A model generated the notes under the pieces. The model was given only the letters and a program-made list of their open reading frames with translations. It made no database searches and was not told the DNA's origin. DNA of 64,000 nucleotides from Ostrea edulis (Eukaryota), in the NCBI RefSeq assembly GCF_947568905.1, contig NC_079170.1, forward strand, positions 27,094,001 through 27,158,000. Reading direction: 5' to 3'. Within the stretch, counting starts at the first letter, position 1, and each line of letters starts with the position of its first letter. Below are positions 37,792 through 50,179 of this stretch, in pieces. The position numbers were made by a program, and so were the translations under genes.

Positions 37792-38210
37792 TTATAGCAC
37801 AGCCATTAGAAAGCAATAAAAGATACTAAATAATCAATGATTGTTCAGCTTTGCGTCCTGACCAGGCCTGTCCTCGATTAAGATGTCACCACCGTTGTTC
37901 TGCAGTAGGTAAAGCGTCTGACTAGCGTGTAATTTCGGGGGGGGGGGGGAGTTAATTTAGAAAACAAAATGGATATATTTATACCATCTTTATGAGTTGT
38001 ATCTACACATCTCTACTTGTTTGACTCATCAAGCTACAGTAAATATTGTTAATATCTTTTTAAGGGCAGTGAAATCACCGCTTGTTGGCTGATATGCTCC
38101 AACGCAGTTTGTCAACACGTGCTGATATTTAAAAACATAATGACGCTCACTGGGTGTAGTTGTACAGCAGGACTTTAAAAGCGACCATTGGCATTGTGGT
38201 ATAAATTGGT
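37792..38210 (-). pseudogene. Old C1q-domain pseudogene
   Basis: VAFKVLL..., YQHVLTNCVGAYQPTSGDFTA, YCSLMS, ...FLMAVL*; multiple stops and shifts; interrupted near 37870-37945. Confidence 0.75.
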
Positions 38211-39699
38211 TTCAATACAGTACACACTGATGAAAGGTGAAGATAACGAACAGTGATCAATCTCATAACTCCTATAAGCATTACAAAATAGAGAGTTGGG
38301 CAAACACGGACTCCTGGATATACCAGAGGTAGGATCAGGTGCCTAGGAGAAGTAAGCATCCTCTGTAGACCGGTCACACCCGCCGTGAGCCCTATATACT
38401 GTTCCAAATGAGATACCAGTTATTATCATATCTGATTATAAATGAACTCGCTTAGTCTGCACATCTTGCAATTGCAAGAATCACTTCATTTTGTCGTATA
38501 CATGCAAAGGATAGGGATACAATATTGACAGGTCACAAGTCATGTGGGTTATTTATACAAACTAAAATGTTTAATATGAAAAGTTCAGAACATACATGTA
38601 TAAAAACAAAACAAAAAAACCCCAATCTTTTCAAGATTACATTATGTAGAACTTTCGATATCCATAGATCAATACATGTATATTCTACATTTATTTGAAA
38701 GTGATAAAAATATTTTCAAAATAAACATATTCAAATGTGGAAAAACATTTTCATGATGGGTTGTAGGATATTTAACATAATTCACTTTAAATTTCTTATG
38801 ACCTACAGTTGCAAAATGAATTTCTTTAATTTGAAGGTATTCAAATCAAGATTTCTTCGATTGATGATTTAATATTGAATCCCCAGATCCCAAGGAGGGA
38901 GAAATCTTTTGAAATATTTCGCTATTTGGGTGTGTTGTCGATATTTTTCTTACAATAACATCAAACACAGCTCAATACTAAAATTACAATTTTATTACCA
39001 TCCCTATGATATTGCTCTAATGTATAAAAGGCAAGGTGGCTTTCATGAAAAGTGAATTTAACGATTACAGCACCAGTTTTACTTTTTTTTCCTTCAAATT
39101 GTAAATCCCGGAATAATATCAAATCTCTTAAAATTTTATAAAACCTCGACATTTAGATACATGGTCGTTATATCGATATAATTTACCCATACTAGCTATC
39201 GTTGGGTCAAATGATCACTGACATGTTTCATATCGATTGTTAGGCCGTTCTTGGCACACTGATTTTGACTATGGATAACGACGTTTACCTGATCAAGATA
39301 AATGTTTACTTCTCCTAGGCATCCCATCCCACCTCTGGTATATCCAGGGATCCGTGTTTGCCCAACTTTCTTTTCTGTGTTAGGAGTTATGAGATTGATC
39401 ACTGTTCGTTATTTTCACCTTTCAGTATAATATGGAATGTATTAAGTGCATATGTTGATATAGATAGAGTGTATATGATGGAAACATCATTCGTGAGCGT
39501 TATGCAAAGAGTTTATTATAAATTTAATCACATAACTTGTCGCATATAGCAAAAAGTGTATGTAATTATAATATGTACTGTACCCTTTATTCACTTGATG
39601 AATTATGTTACTATAACCGATATTTTTTGCATACAAGTATTTTTTAAAGCACATAGTACCGTGATTATAAATCAGATTTTTTGACGTTTACGAGTTTTC

Positions 39700-39805
39700 G
39701 GGTAAAAACATGAAATTTGAACAAATAATATGTTGGGGTAAAAACATAAAATTTGAACAAATGATACATTAGGGTAAAAACATGAAATTTGTATAAATAA
39801 TATCA
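39700..39805 (+). repeat. 36-bp tandem repeat, 3 copies
   Basis: GGTAAAAACATGAAATTTG at 39701, 39737, 39773. Confidence 0.85.
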
Positions 39806-41065
39806 AAAACTGGAAAAAACAAACCTGGTACCACGTTGAACAGAAGTGATAAAAATATCTTTGATAAAATATTTATGGTCCCCGCCCTGCAAGTGCTATT
39901 AGATAGTCTCAACCATAATTCAGCACACGTGACCATGGGTAACCGTGGTCATTGTCCCTCGTTACCAGATGATAGCACAATGGAGGGGGTGGTATTCATT
40001 CGCATAACGATCAACAAGTTTTCGAAACATTTTGGTACAATCAAATTATAATCATTATGTATTTCTTTATCACTCAAAATGTGTATTTTCCTTAATAACC
40101 CACATGCCCGGCCTTGTGTAACGCTAAAGGACTTGATAAATTGAACTTCTAAAATTTTATTTAAAAAAACATTATTTGCCGTACGAGTTATGTCCCTTTG
40201 GTACACAAAACCTAGGTGGCGGTTAAAAATCAAGATGGCAGCATCCACTGATGTCTGCTCTGCAACAGTATTTTGATAGCCACCGTGGAACCCATCACAT
40301 ATTTACACCGGAATCAGCTGGAATTTATTTTAAAGATTGTTCAAGAGCAATTCTAGGACATTTAAGATCGTGCAATTTTAGTGAGAAATACGTGAACCTG
40401 GACTACTTGCCATCCGTTCTGCCCTCTGGCATTCGGATTTAGATCAAAATGTTACTGTTTGTGCCAACCACAGATACAGTCATGGAATCTACAGGAAACC
40501 ATCGCATAAATCACCTGCAGGTGGTGTTCACATCTCCCTACTGGCAAACAAGTTGATGGTGCAAGAGTCTCGTTTAAAATCAGCATTTCGCAAATTCTAT
40601 GGTTGTTACAACGATCTAGTTTGCCAATACAACCTATCATTGGGCCAAATGCTGCCTGAAGTGTTTCAAGCTGATTGTTGGGCTGTTCTTGGCACACTGA
40701 TTTTGACTACGGATAACTCCGTTTACCTGATCTAGATATAGGGCACACACCGGGTGTGGTATGTTGACAGGGGATGTTTACGCCTCCCAGGCACCTGATC
40801 CGATCCTTCCTCTGGTATATTCAGGGGGTCCGTGTTTGCCCAACTATCTATTTTGTATTGCTTATAGGAGTTATGAGATTGATCATTGTTCGTTATCTTC
40901 ATCTTTCACCAGCATTCATTAATGATTCCGTGTCAGAGGAATATTTATTTTGAAGTAGGGAGATAACTCTTGTCCTAACTTAAACGTTACCCTTCCTTAA
41001 ACCTTTGTGAACCATATATTGTGGGTATGACAGCATGTTCTAGAGAAATTTTAAGGCTGCGTTAA

Positions 41066-41309
41066 AGATCGTAACGGCTAGTCTAGGGCTAGGTATGGTT
41101 GCGGATTTGTGCCATTCATCGTCTTTTTGTCATGTTTAGGCGAAAAGTAGCTAATATTATCATTTTGTCGTCTTTTCGCTATTTCGAGACGAAAAGTCAA
41201 TAAAAATCGTTTTGTTGTCTTTTCGCCTCGAAATAACAATTAAAAATCAAATGTAAAATGGCACAAATCAGCCACCATACTTAGCCCCTAGGCTAGCCGT
41301 CTATGATCT
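41066..41309. mobile_element. MITE, paralog of 17500-17743
   Basis: Same imperfect TIRs. Confidence 0.7.
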
Positions 41310-41365
41310 AGAACACAACCCAGGTATATTGTTGGTTTCTGTAATATACTGTTGTCATCTTGTTA

Positions 41366-41704
41366 TGATTGATTACTTTTTACGCCCCGTCCAGAATTTT
41401 TCACACGTATTGAGACGTCACCAGCTGTAGGTAAAGTACCACGAATTTAGACCTATGCTTAGTATCCAGGGCCGTGGTAGTGATAGTTCTTTATCGTGCC
41501 AACGGCTGTCGCGACACGGGACCTACGTTTTTAAGGTCATATCCGAACAACCCGTGATTCTTACTTCAAATTACCGAACGTTTGGCGAAGAAGCAATCAC
41601 TACCTATTTTAACGTATTAGGTTTCAAGCAGCCATGGAACGAGCGCGGCTCGAACGCACGACCTCCCGTTTACGAAGCAAACGCTCTTCCACAGAGCTAC
41701 CGCG
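41366..41704 (-). mobile_element. Full-length tRNA-derived SINE (Meta-type domain)
   Basis: Minus-strand A box TAGCTCTGTGG (41699-41689), B box GTTCGAGCC (41655-41647), central AAAACGTAGGTCCCGTGTCGCGAC...GCACGATAAAG, (TCAA)n tail. Confidence 0.8.
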
Positions 41705-41829
41705 ATTCAAATCATGTCATTGCACATTTTCTCAATTATCAGGGGAGCGTCTCTATTTTCATATATATTGTTATACACACATGGATGGATACTGCTTGTC
41801 TTTTAAAGACCCATATTGCTCCACCAGAA

Positions 41830-42050
41830 TTATAGCGTGTTCATTAGAAAACCACAAAAGACATTATAAAGACCGTGGTCATCATTTTTGTCTTTTTGAT
41901 TCAGATTATGTCACCTTTGTTTACAGCAGCTGTAGAGTCTGAGTTGCATGTGGATGGGTATTAATTCTAAAAACGATATAGATGTCTTTTCACTATTTTT
42001 AGCAATATTGACATGAAGATGATTACTTGGATGTCTCATGGAGCTGAAAG
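41830..42050 (-). pseudogene. C1q-domain pseudogene, paralog of 18099-18400, 5' part deleted
   Basis: SSMRHPSNHLHVNIAKN...NKGDII*...YNVFCGFLMNTL*; shares the Trp>TGA lesion. Confidence 0.8.
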
Positions 42051-44499
42051 TGACTCCGTTAACCCTATCAAGATGTTGGGCTAAGAGTGGATGTGCCTAG
42101 TACACAGAGGATGCTTACTACTCTTCGACACCTGATCCTACCTCTGGTGTGTCCAGGGGTCCTTGTTTCCCCTACTCTCAATCTTGCATTCTTTACATAA
42201 TTGATGAGAACGATAACTTTTCTCCTCGCTTTTTCATTGAATATTAATATAACCAACAATTTAATATTTCACATATGCAGTACAATGTATATGATAAATA
42301 TAATATTGAATGTTAAAATCCATGTTATATGTCATATCAGCCCTCGGGTCCCATTTAATATCCTCGGGTCTTCGGCCCTCTGGATTTTACACATAGAGTA
42401 GTGGCGAGTTTTTATTTTACTTTTGAACATATTTTTTTTTTTTATAATTTCATCAAGTATTTCAGAAAGTATACATATTATTTGGGAGAAAATATCCTCG
42501 GATACTCCCGCATAATTCTCACCAATGGTGCCAGGGTCCCATTGTATTGAATGTATTTTATCATGATTATTATTTTATATAAGCCGTTCTTTTCACACTG
42601 ATTTTGACTGTGGATAACTCCGTTTACCTGAACAGGATATAAGGCTCACAGCGGGTGTGACCTGTCGACAGGGGATGCTTACTCCTCCTAGGCGCCTGAT
42701 CCCACCTCTGGTGCGTCCAGGGATCCGTGTTTGCCCAACTATCTATTTTGTATTACTTGTAGGAGTTATCAGATTGATCACTGTTCGTTATCTTCACCTT
42801 TCATAAGGCATATATATAATTTATATGAAAATACATAATATCACTCTATGTATAATAACAAATATTTTTCGAAGTCATAGAAATATCATATACAACGTTG
42901 ATGTAGATATATCAACGGTAGAATAACATAGAAATTACTCCCGTGTAGTTATAATGATAAATATTTAAGGATAGTATATACTGGTCAGCAGTGAAGTTAC
43001 ATTAATTTACAAAGATGTTCAAAAAATGTATGCTCTTTTGCATTTATATATATTTCAATACTGATGTATAGAAACATAATGATTTTTTAACATGATTATA
43101 CATATTAAAAGTCGTTTCACTTAAAGAATCTAATCTACATAACATTTTATGCTTGTATAATCTATAGGCTATATAAGTAATAAGTAAATTTAAGGATTTG
43201 GTTTTATCATTTTGACCTGGAAAAAATACAAGAACAATGTGTTTCCATTGAACTTTGAAGGATAGATAACTGCTAACAGTGTTCCATATATTTAAAACAT
43301 TATCACACTCGTAAATCAAATGTTTTGTAGTCTCAACTTGCTTACAGTGTGTACATTCATTCTTTGCATCTTTTTTCCATTTGCTAATATATGCATTATT
43401 ACATAATAAGTTTTTCAATAACTTATATCTGAATTCTGCTATCTGTTTGTATTTCAAATCTTTCATTTTACATTTATAAATGTTCATCCAATTTGAATTA
43501 TAAAAAAAATTACTTGATGTTTTAAGTATATTGGTAAATCGAAGAAGGAAGTTAAAATTATTGACATTTTGTTTATTTACACAGCTTGAATTTGAAAAAT
43601 CGTTCAGTCTTCTTTTTCTCGTGATTGTCATAATAATTTTGTATTCACATAGCCAGTTAGATTTGTCATTAATATTTGAATACTGTTCTAGCGGTTTAGA
43701 AACTTCCATCATCAAACAAATCACTAACATATAAGATACCAGATCTCGCCCAATTATCGAAGAAAATGGGTTTTCCTTTATATTTCAGATTTGTTTTGTT
43801 CCATAGTGGTTGTTGTAAAATATCATCAGGTAATCTTTTATCAAAGTTAAGTTTGCTTTTACATTCATTAAAGCAACACAACATGTCTTTATAAAATAGT
43901 GGTAATTTAGTTTTGTTTAAATTCTCCACATCAGTAGTTGAACATTTTAACATTTATCACCGATTCCTGTCCAAAAAAAACACTGTACAACCACTATAAT
44001 AATGAACGGTATTTATTTGTTTTGGCGCTCTTGGCCGCGGTGATGGTTGGGGGCTACCCCTCAACAATCAATCAATCAAATGTGACGTCCCCAGATGGAC
44101 GAATTGTGCACTGGGTAAACGCAAGTGCACAACGTCACTAAATGCAAATACAATAAATGAATAAATCAATCAATAATACAAGGATTAAGATAACCAATCA
44201 ATCAATAGTCCGACAATTCAATGTCAACAACAATTCAATCAATCAATCAGCAATTCAATTATCAATCAATACTGCAAATTTTCAAATTCATGGCATGAAG
44301 CTGTAGAATATTGGGTGCGTTCCTCCATTTGAGTTGGGGTGCGCTGAAACGCCACTTGCACGTGCCACACACGCCCGTGAAACAGGAGCGCTTGTGGGAC
44401 TGCAACCGTCACCAAGGGATGCCCAGAACCGTGGTGACGGCGGCAGTACGCCAACTTAAATGATCACCGCTAACCAGATTGCCGCAAATCGAAACAGGT

Positions 44500-45070
44500 C
44501 TAAGGAAATCCATTAATCCTGCCACCAATGAAGGTTTCAAGGGCACCTTGTAGATTATTCAAAAATAAGTCATTCCCGAGCTGTGACAGATGCACACCAT
44601 CAGAATGATACAGGTGAACGGGCTTAGCTTCAAACTGTGTATGTTTGATGAACGTCCCACCCTTTGAAGCTATTAACCTAATACCCTCCTGTTAATTCTT
44701 GCTCTGGCGCTTTCCATTGCCTGTATCTGCGTAGAATAACGCCAACTACATCTAGGTAGAAGTTAGGACGACACTAATCTCACACTAGGAAAAAATTTGG
44801 TTATTTCTAGTACAGTTGACTGAAGAAGTCTGACCAGTGACCTCAGGTTGGTACGGCCTATCTTGTTTGCCCCACATGAACAACGATAAAATCATGAACA
44901 TGTTGCACCTGCTTTAATATTTTAACTTTCGGCACCAACTCAAATAAATCCATACCCCTGTAACCTTGCCACCAAATGGTCGTGTTTGGAACGGTAAGGG
45001 TTGGTCCCCCTGTCCTGAAGCTGGCAGCCACTGCTGCCCTCTTAATAATGGAGGATCCAACAATCCACAC
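44500..45070 (-). pseudogene. SGNH/GDSL hydrolase-like ORF of the YR retrotransposon (disrupted)
   Basis: VWIVGSSII (block I), WWQGYRGM (II), VVHVG (III) and HSDGVHLSQLG (V, DxxH), ending GFP* at 44500; frame break near 44858. Confidence 0.7.
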
Positions 45071-45145
45071 TTTAATTTGACATATGAAAAACTTGGTGAA
45101 TGTTAGGCATGCTACTTACCCAAGGCATATATGAACGTTAAGAGA

Positions 45146-45967
45146 TTAGCGAATATATGACTGATATGCAACAGATCTCCATTGACCTGCCGCTTGAATA
45201 ACTTTGGCTGACATGCCTTGTTGTGCGAGTGTAGTTGCTGCACCAATGCGAAACGAGTGGGATTTGAAGCGCCTACTGTCTATCCCAGCTAAATAAAGCG
45301 ATCGTGACAAAACTGAGGTAAATTGGTAACGAGTAAAAGGCTGACCAGAGTAATGACAAAATAATGGCCCCGATTTCGGTGCCCTAACCTCCATATAATC
45401 GTGCATGGCCTGCATTGGACAAGTAGTTCCGGTCATCGTATGTACTGTCAATGTGGTACCCCTTCCTAATTGGTCAGTTTTCGAATATCTAATGTGAATT
45501 ATTATATAAGTAGTGTGGAGGGAAATGTCCCCAATATGTAAAACCCGATCCACAGAATTGCCCTTTGACAAAGCAAATTCCCCTATCCTAAGCAAGGCAT
45601 TAAAAGCTAGCGAAAATGATGCTTTAAAAAGAAGGGTCTCATACGTGCTAGAGCATACAACCTGTAGTTTATTTATGATTAGTTTCAAAATGTCCAATGT
45701 GATAGGTAAACGTGCATCCGACATTGAATTTGTACGCTTCATACCCTGCAACAATTTCTGCACTATAAAATGCTTAGTCAGATCCGCATTCCAATGGAGT
45801 TTGCAATGAAAACTAATGGTAGAGATGTATGCTTTAGCTGTGGATTGCTTGTAACCGTGTATGGATAAATGTGCAATAAATGTATTGATGTGAGCATCCG
45901 GTGGTTGCCAAGTGTTAGGTAGTCCCTGGATGCTATGGAAATGATTGAATGCCTGAATATCCACCAT
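45146..45967 (-). CDS. Tyrosine recombinase, open reading frame intact
   Basis: LRIGE (R), YSKTDQ (K), HSFRIGAAT (HxxR), GQW, SYIR (catalytic Y). Confidence 0.9.
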   Translation of the reverse strand: MVDIQAFNHFHSIQGLPNTWQPPDAHINTFIAHLSIHGYKQSTAKAYISTISFHCKLHWNADLTKHFIVQKLLQGMKRTNSMSDARLPITLDILKLIINKLQVVCSSTYETLLFKASFSLAFNALLRIGEFALSKGNSVDRVLHIGDISLHTTYIIIHIRYSKTDQLGRGTTLTVHTMTGTTCPMQAMHDYMEVRAPKSGPLFCHYSGQPFTRYQFTSVLSRSLYLAGIDSRRFKSHSFRIGAATTLAQQGMSAKVIQAAGQWRSVAYQSYIR

Positions 45968-46013
45968 ATATGCTTGGTTGGTTTTGCTGACAAGGATGAG
46001 TGTAAAAGGCGGT

Positions 46014-46830
46014 TTATTTCACTTGACAAAGCAGCCTCTGGAACGAAGCTGGAATTAGCTGAGGGTTATGGTCGGCTGTAAGTGCCAGGTCCCTGAACAA
46101 GTCCCACTGCTTGCGAGATATAGAATCAGCAATTTTATTGGTTTTCCCAGGGATATGCTGGGCTTTAGACTGAATATGAAAGTGCAATGATTGAAAGATA
46201 AGTCGTCTAACAAACGACATGAACTGATGTGACTTAGATGACTGTTAAGAATGTACTAAGGCCATATTGTCAACATGATATATGTTTTTGTTTTGCAACC
46301 TACTGCCCCATACTGATATGGCTAGGGCAATGGGCACAAGTTCTAAAAATGTAAAATCGACGGTTGAATGCCCTGCTACCGGATATTGCTATACCAATTT
46401 CATCTAAATTTAACTTGCCCACCAGGCTCTGAAGGGTAGATAACTTAATTTTGTTTTTCGAGACCCAGAAAGGTAGGAGATTCATGAGTTTGTCAGCCTT
46501 TTCTCGGGGTATTTTAATTTGGATTTTGATACTATCAATCTCCAGACCGAGAAATATTAAACACGTAGTGGGTTAAACAGATTTATCCTGGTTCAAAGGT
46601 ATTCCCATCTCGACACACATAGACTGAAATGTATGCATAAGGACATGACAATGGCTTGTATGCGCACTGCCTGCAAAAATAAAATCATCCAAGTAAGGAT
46701 GAACCGTTTCAATCCCTGATTTTTCTATGAAAATTTTTCTATAAAAATGATGAGAACATTTCAAACATTTTGCATGAAATAGCGCATCCAAAAGGTAAAC
46801 ACTTGTCAACATAAAAACTGCCATTCATAT
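46014..46830 (-). pseudogene. RT/RNase H remnant of the YR retrotransposon
   Basis: YVDKCLPFGCAISC, YLDDFIFAG, FLGLEID, LVGKLN, LELVPI, HIPGKTNKIADSISR; motif A and part of RNase H deleted. Confidence 0.85.
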
Positions 46831-46849
46831 ACAAGCCCTGTGTTAGAAG

Positions 46850-47580
46850 GGGTCATGTAAATGAGCCAAAGCTCTGTGTCAACCCTGCCCCAGTCCATAG
46901 ACGGATTAGTTGCCATGAGCAAGCGAAACTGCTCGTCATAATTAGGCCAACCCTGTGACTTTTCTGCCCCCTGTCTAACATCGTGGACGTACTTCAATAA
47001 TTGCTGTGTTTTATCTGGATGAGCAGCAATATATATGCTAGTAAATATGAGGAATGCATCTGTCCAGCGTTCAATAGTAGTGATTTTGTTTGATTGCTTA
47101 GGATGTGCAATGATTTGGTCAAATTTGTTGACTGAAAGAATAGATACTATGCGAAAATTACTGCTGTCACGTACAAACAAAGTGGCTAAATTAACAAATT
47201 CACCGTTGACTATTTTATGTTTAGTGTGGTTATCAACATGATATGCCAATGGGGCCTGATTTGAATTGATCATTGTAGGTAGCGGTTGTGGGCCTGATTA
47301 AATTCATTGTGCAAAATATCATTACCTGTACTCGACGTTAATTCTATCCCAGGCTGCACCCGCTGGGGGGTTGAAAGTGATCGTTGGGCTGGACCACATG
47401 TATCTGTGGCTGGACTCCGCCATGTGCTACACTGGGGTCAGCATCATTGCTCCTCCATGTCCTACAATTACGCCCTGTCTGTACTGCCTGAGCATGCTGA
47501 GACTGGTCCGACGTCGTGGATCTGGATGCCCCCTTTTTGATTTGGTCTTCGGCATATTGTTAAGTGATATGTATAATAAT
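46850..47580 (-). pseudogene. gag-like ORF of the YR retrotransposon
   Basis: KIVNGEFVNL, WTDAF.IF, W..YDEQFR as in DIRS/Ngaro ORF1; fused by deletion to RT. Confidence 0.7.
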
Positions 47581-49067
47581 TTACGCTGTACCAATTTCAA
47601 TGGCCACGCCGTTTGGAAGAATGTTCCAGAAAGGAAGTGATGTGTACGTGTCAATATATATTAGACTATTGCAGAATTAAATTTCCCGGAATAAATAAAA
47701 ACAAGCCCCCCTCCCCCTTCCCTTTTAGTAAAAACTGACAAGGATACAGTTACGGAGATAAATGCACATAACCAACACAAGCTTAAATATGCGATAATAG
47801 TATATATCAAAGTTAAGTTTTCTACAATAATTATTTAAAATTTCAAGTAAGACTCCCTTTGAATTTAATAATCTCGGTTTCCATGCTGCTTTTAATGCTT
47901 TTAATTTGCATTCTACATCTACTATTGAAAGACCGCCTCTTGTTACATCTCCAACCAAAGTGTTTCGTTTGATTTTTTCTTTTTTATCCCAAATGAAGTT
48001 AAAGATTAATCGTTGTACCTTTTTTATAAAGTCTTTATCAGGAAGACATAGCATTGACGATACATATTTTAATTTTGAAATGGCAAGTGTATTTATTATG
48101 CATGCTTTGCCAAAAAGTGTTAATTTTCTTCTCTTCCAGGATTCAAACAGTTTTTCCATTTAGTTATATATTCTCATCCAATTTTTATTATAACATTCTT
48201 CTTTATCGTGACCTAAAAATGCCTAGACACTTGACCGCTTTACTTCTAACTCTAATACGAAAAGGTTCTTCAAACTGATTTGTCAATCTTCCAAGCAAAA
48301 TACATTCAGTTTTGTTGATATTAATTTTATAGCCAACACTTTCACAGAATTTATTTATTTGCATAGACTTTTGAACATAGCTGTTATATGTAGTCGTGCA
48401 ACGAAAGTTTCAAAAATGTTCATAATCCAATGTTTTGTTTTCCCATTTATGTCTTTTGTTAGATCGACTTGGTGTCATTTGAAAAGAAAAACTTTTCATT
48501 AGGAGCGAAGTCTTTATGAAAGGTGAAGATAACGAAAATTGATCAATATCATTACTCCTATAACCAATACAAAATAGAGAGTTCGGCATAAATTCAAATA
48601 TTTAATGTAACTCTACTTTTAAAAACATTGTGTTTCCTGTTTGAATCCGTTCAGAAGTTGCATATTTCATGTTTCTCGCGTACTTGGAAATCAGCTAATA
48701 TATTCTGACAAGGTTTTTGGATAGCATGTTTCTATGTAATGTCAGAAGTAGAATGTCTTTATTAAGAGTGACCAATTTACGTGAACTGCTACTTTAAAAT
48801 AATTTTTAAAAAATTAATGGAAGTATGTAAAATAAACAAAACCCTTATGACTCTGGTGTTCTAAAACTAGAACCATTTCTGACTTAGCAGTAGCTATTTA
48901 ACTATAAATCAGTTGGAACGTTAAGTTTCAATTCTGATACCATCATCTCATTGAAGTTACTCAACACAAATCGGAGTATATTATGAATATTTGAATTTTC
49001 CATAACTATGTCAAAAACAACAGGTCTTCTTCCTCTGCAATATCGTTTATTCATTATCGACACCAGT

Positions 49068-49468
49068 TTACAGTTCATCTATCAGAAAACCAGAAAACAC
49101 ATTATACACTTTACCATCAAGCATCTTTGCTGCAACATTATTATTGTTCCGCATCCATATTTTGTCGCCTTTGTTAAGTAATAACTGTAAGGTCTGACTG
49201 GATTGTGGATAGGTTTTGGCTGCAGAAAACACCACGGATAATTTGATACCATTCTTCATTATTCCTAGATGAACAGAATTACTTGGATAACTCATCAAAC
49301 TACAGGAGATGCTGTAGAGACCGTTATAGGGGGCGGTAAAAACACCAGTTGTTGGTTGATAGGCTCCGCCCCAATTCGTCAACACGTGATCATACTTCAC
49401 CACAGCATAAGCGCCCACTGTTGTTTCTTTGGACAGAAGGGCTGTGAAGGCAACACTCGCCCCTCTCT
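49068..49468 (-). CDS. C1qDC gene B, C1q-domain exon (CDS = complement join 51671..51722, 49068..49468; 150 aa)
   Basis: Intact gC1q; acceptor TAGCAG at 49469, phase 1; 13 of 132 aa differ from gene A. Confidence 0.92.
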
Positions 49469-50179
49469 CTGCTACACATGAATTACATCTTAGTACTTTG
49501 TGCATTTTGTGAATATCTTTTTAAAAATGTTAATGTTCTAAAATTTCCAAAGAGTAGAAATGTCCGATGTTGCCACTAGCAATATGCAGTTTTTATTTTA
49601 TACCACCTAATATCATCGTACCTAAGCGAACTATATCTAGTGTTAAAACGATTTAGGTTGTCAATACAACCTATCGTTAGGTTAAATGGTATCTAAGGTG
49701 TTTCAGACCGATTGTGAGAGCGTTTTGGCACAGCGATTTTGACTGTAAGATAATTCCGTTTACCTGATCAAGATCCCTACTCCTCCTAGATGTATCCAGG
49801 GGACGGTGTTTACCAACTTTATTTTGAAATTGCTTACTGGAGTTATGAGATTGATCACTGTTCGTTATCTTCACCTTTCTTCTAATGTCTAGTACAAGTA
49901 TTCTAATCAATATTCATATCAGTAACATCTTGTGTACAAAGATATATTGATAACGTTATTCAAATATCATAAAGACTTTCTGCTTTCTCTTTTTCAAAAT
50001 ACGTAAAGCTAACGTCTTTTCATTTCAAATCATTATGTGACAAAATACTCAAAACGACAATGAATTGTAACACAATTTGGTAAATGTGATCATGTACTTA
50101 ATATCCTATGCCAACTACCGTTAGCAGATACTAGTAATATAATTTTAAGTCAATATATTTGCTCACAGAAGGGAAACAA

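Larger units (their letters stand above)
43954..47796 (-). mobile_element. Internally deleted tyrosine-recombinase retrotransposon (Ngaro/DIRS type): gag, RT/RNase H, YR, SGNH
   Basis: Domain motifs as in the sub-features; removal restores LINE ORF2 in frame (FDIYY|MLKCSTTD) with no TSD. Confidence 0.85.
42432..48366 (-). mobile_element. 5'-truncated L1/Tx1-type LINE with poly(A) tail and 13-bp TSD
   Basis: TSD ACTTTTGAACATA at 42419-42431 and 48367-48379; T-run 42432-42443; ORF2 remnants KININKTE, KLTLFGKACIINTLAISK, GGL (47797-48360) and zinc finger CTHC...HLIYEC (43044-43953); absent at the paralogous site ~22535. Confidence 0.9.

Noticed and set aside
45068-45130. Possible small intron (GTAAGT...TTAAAG) supplying a start to the SGNH ORF
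   Set aside because: Splicing at those sites puts the ATG out of frame with WIVGSS
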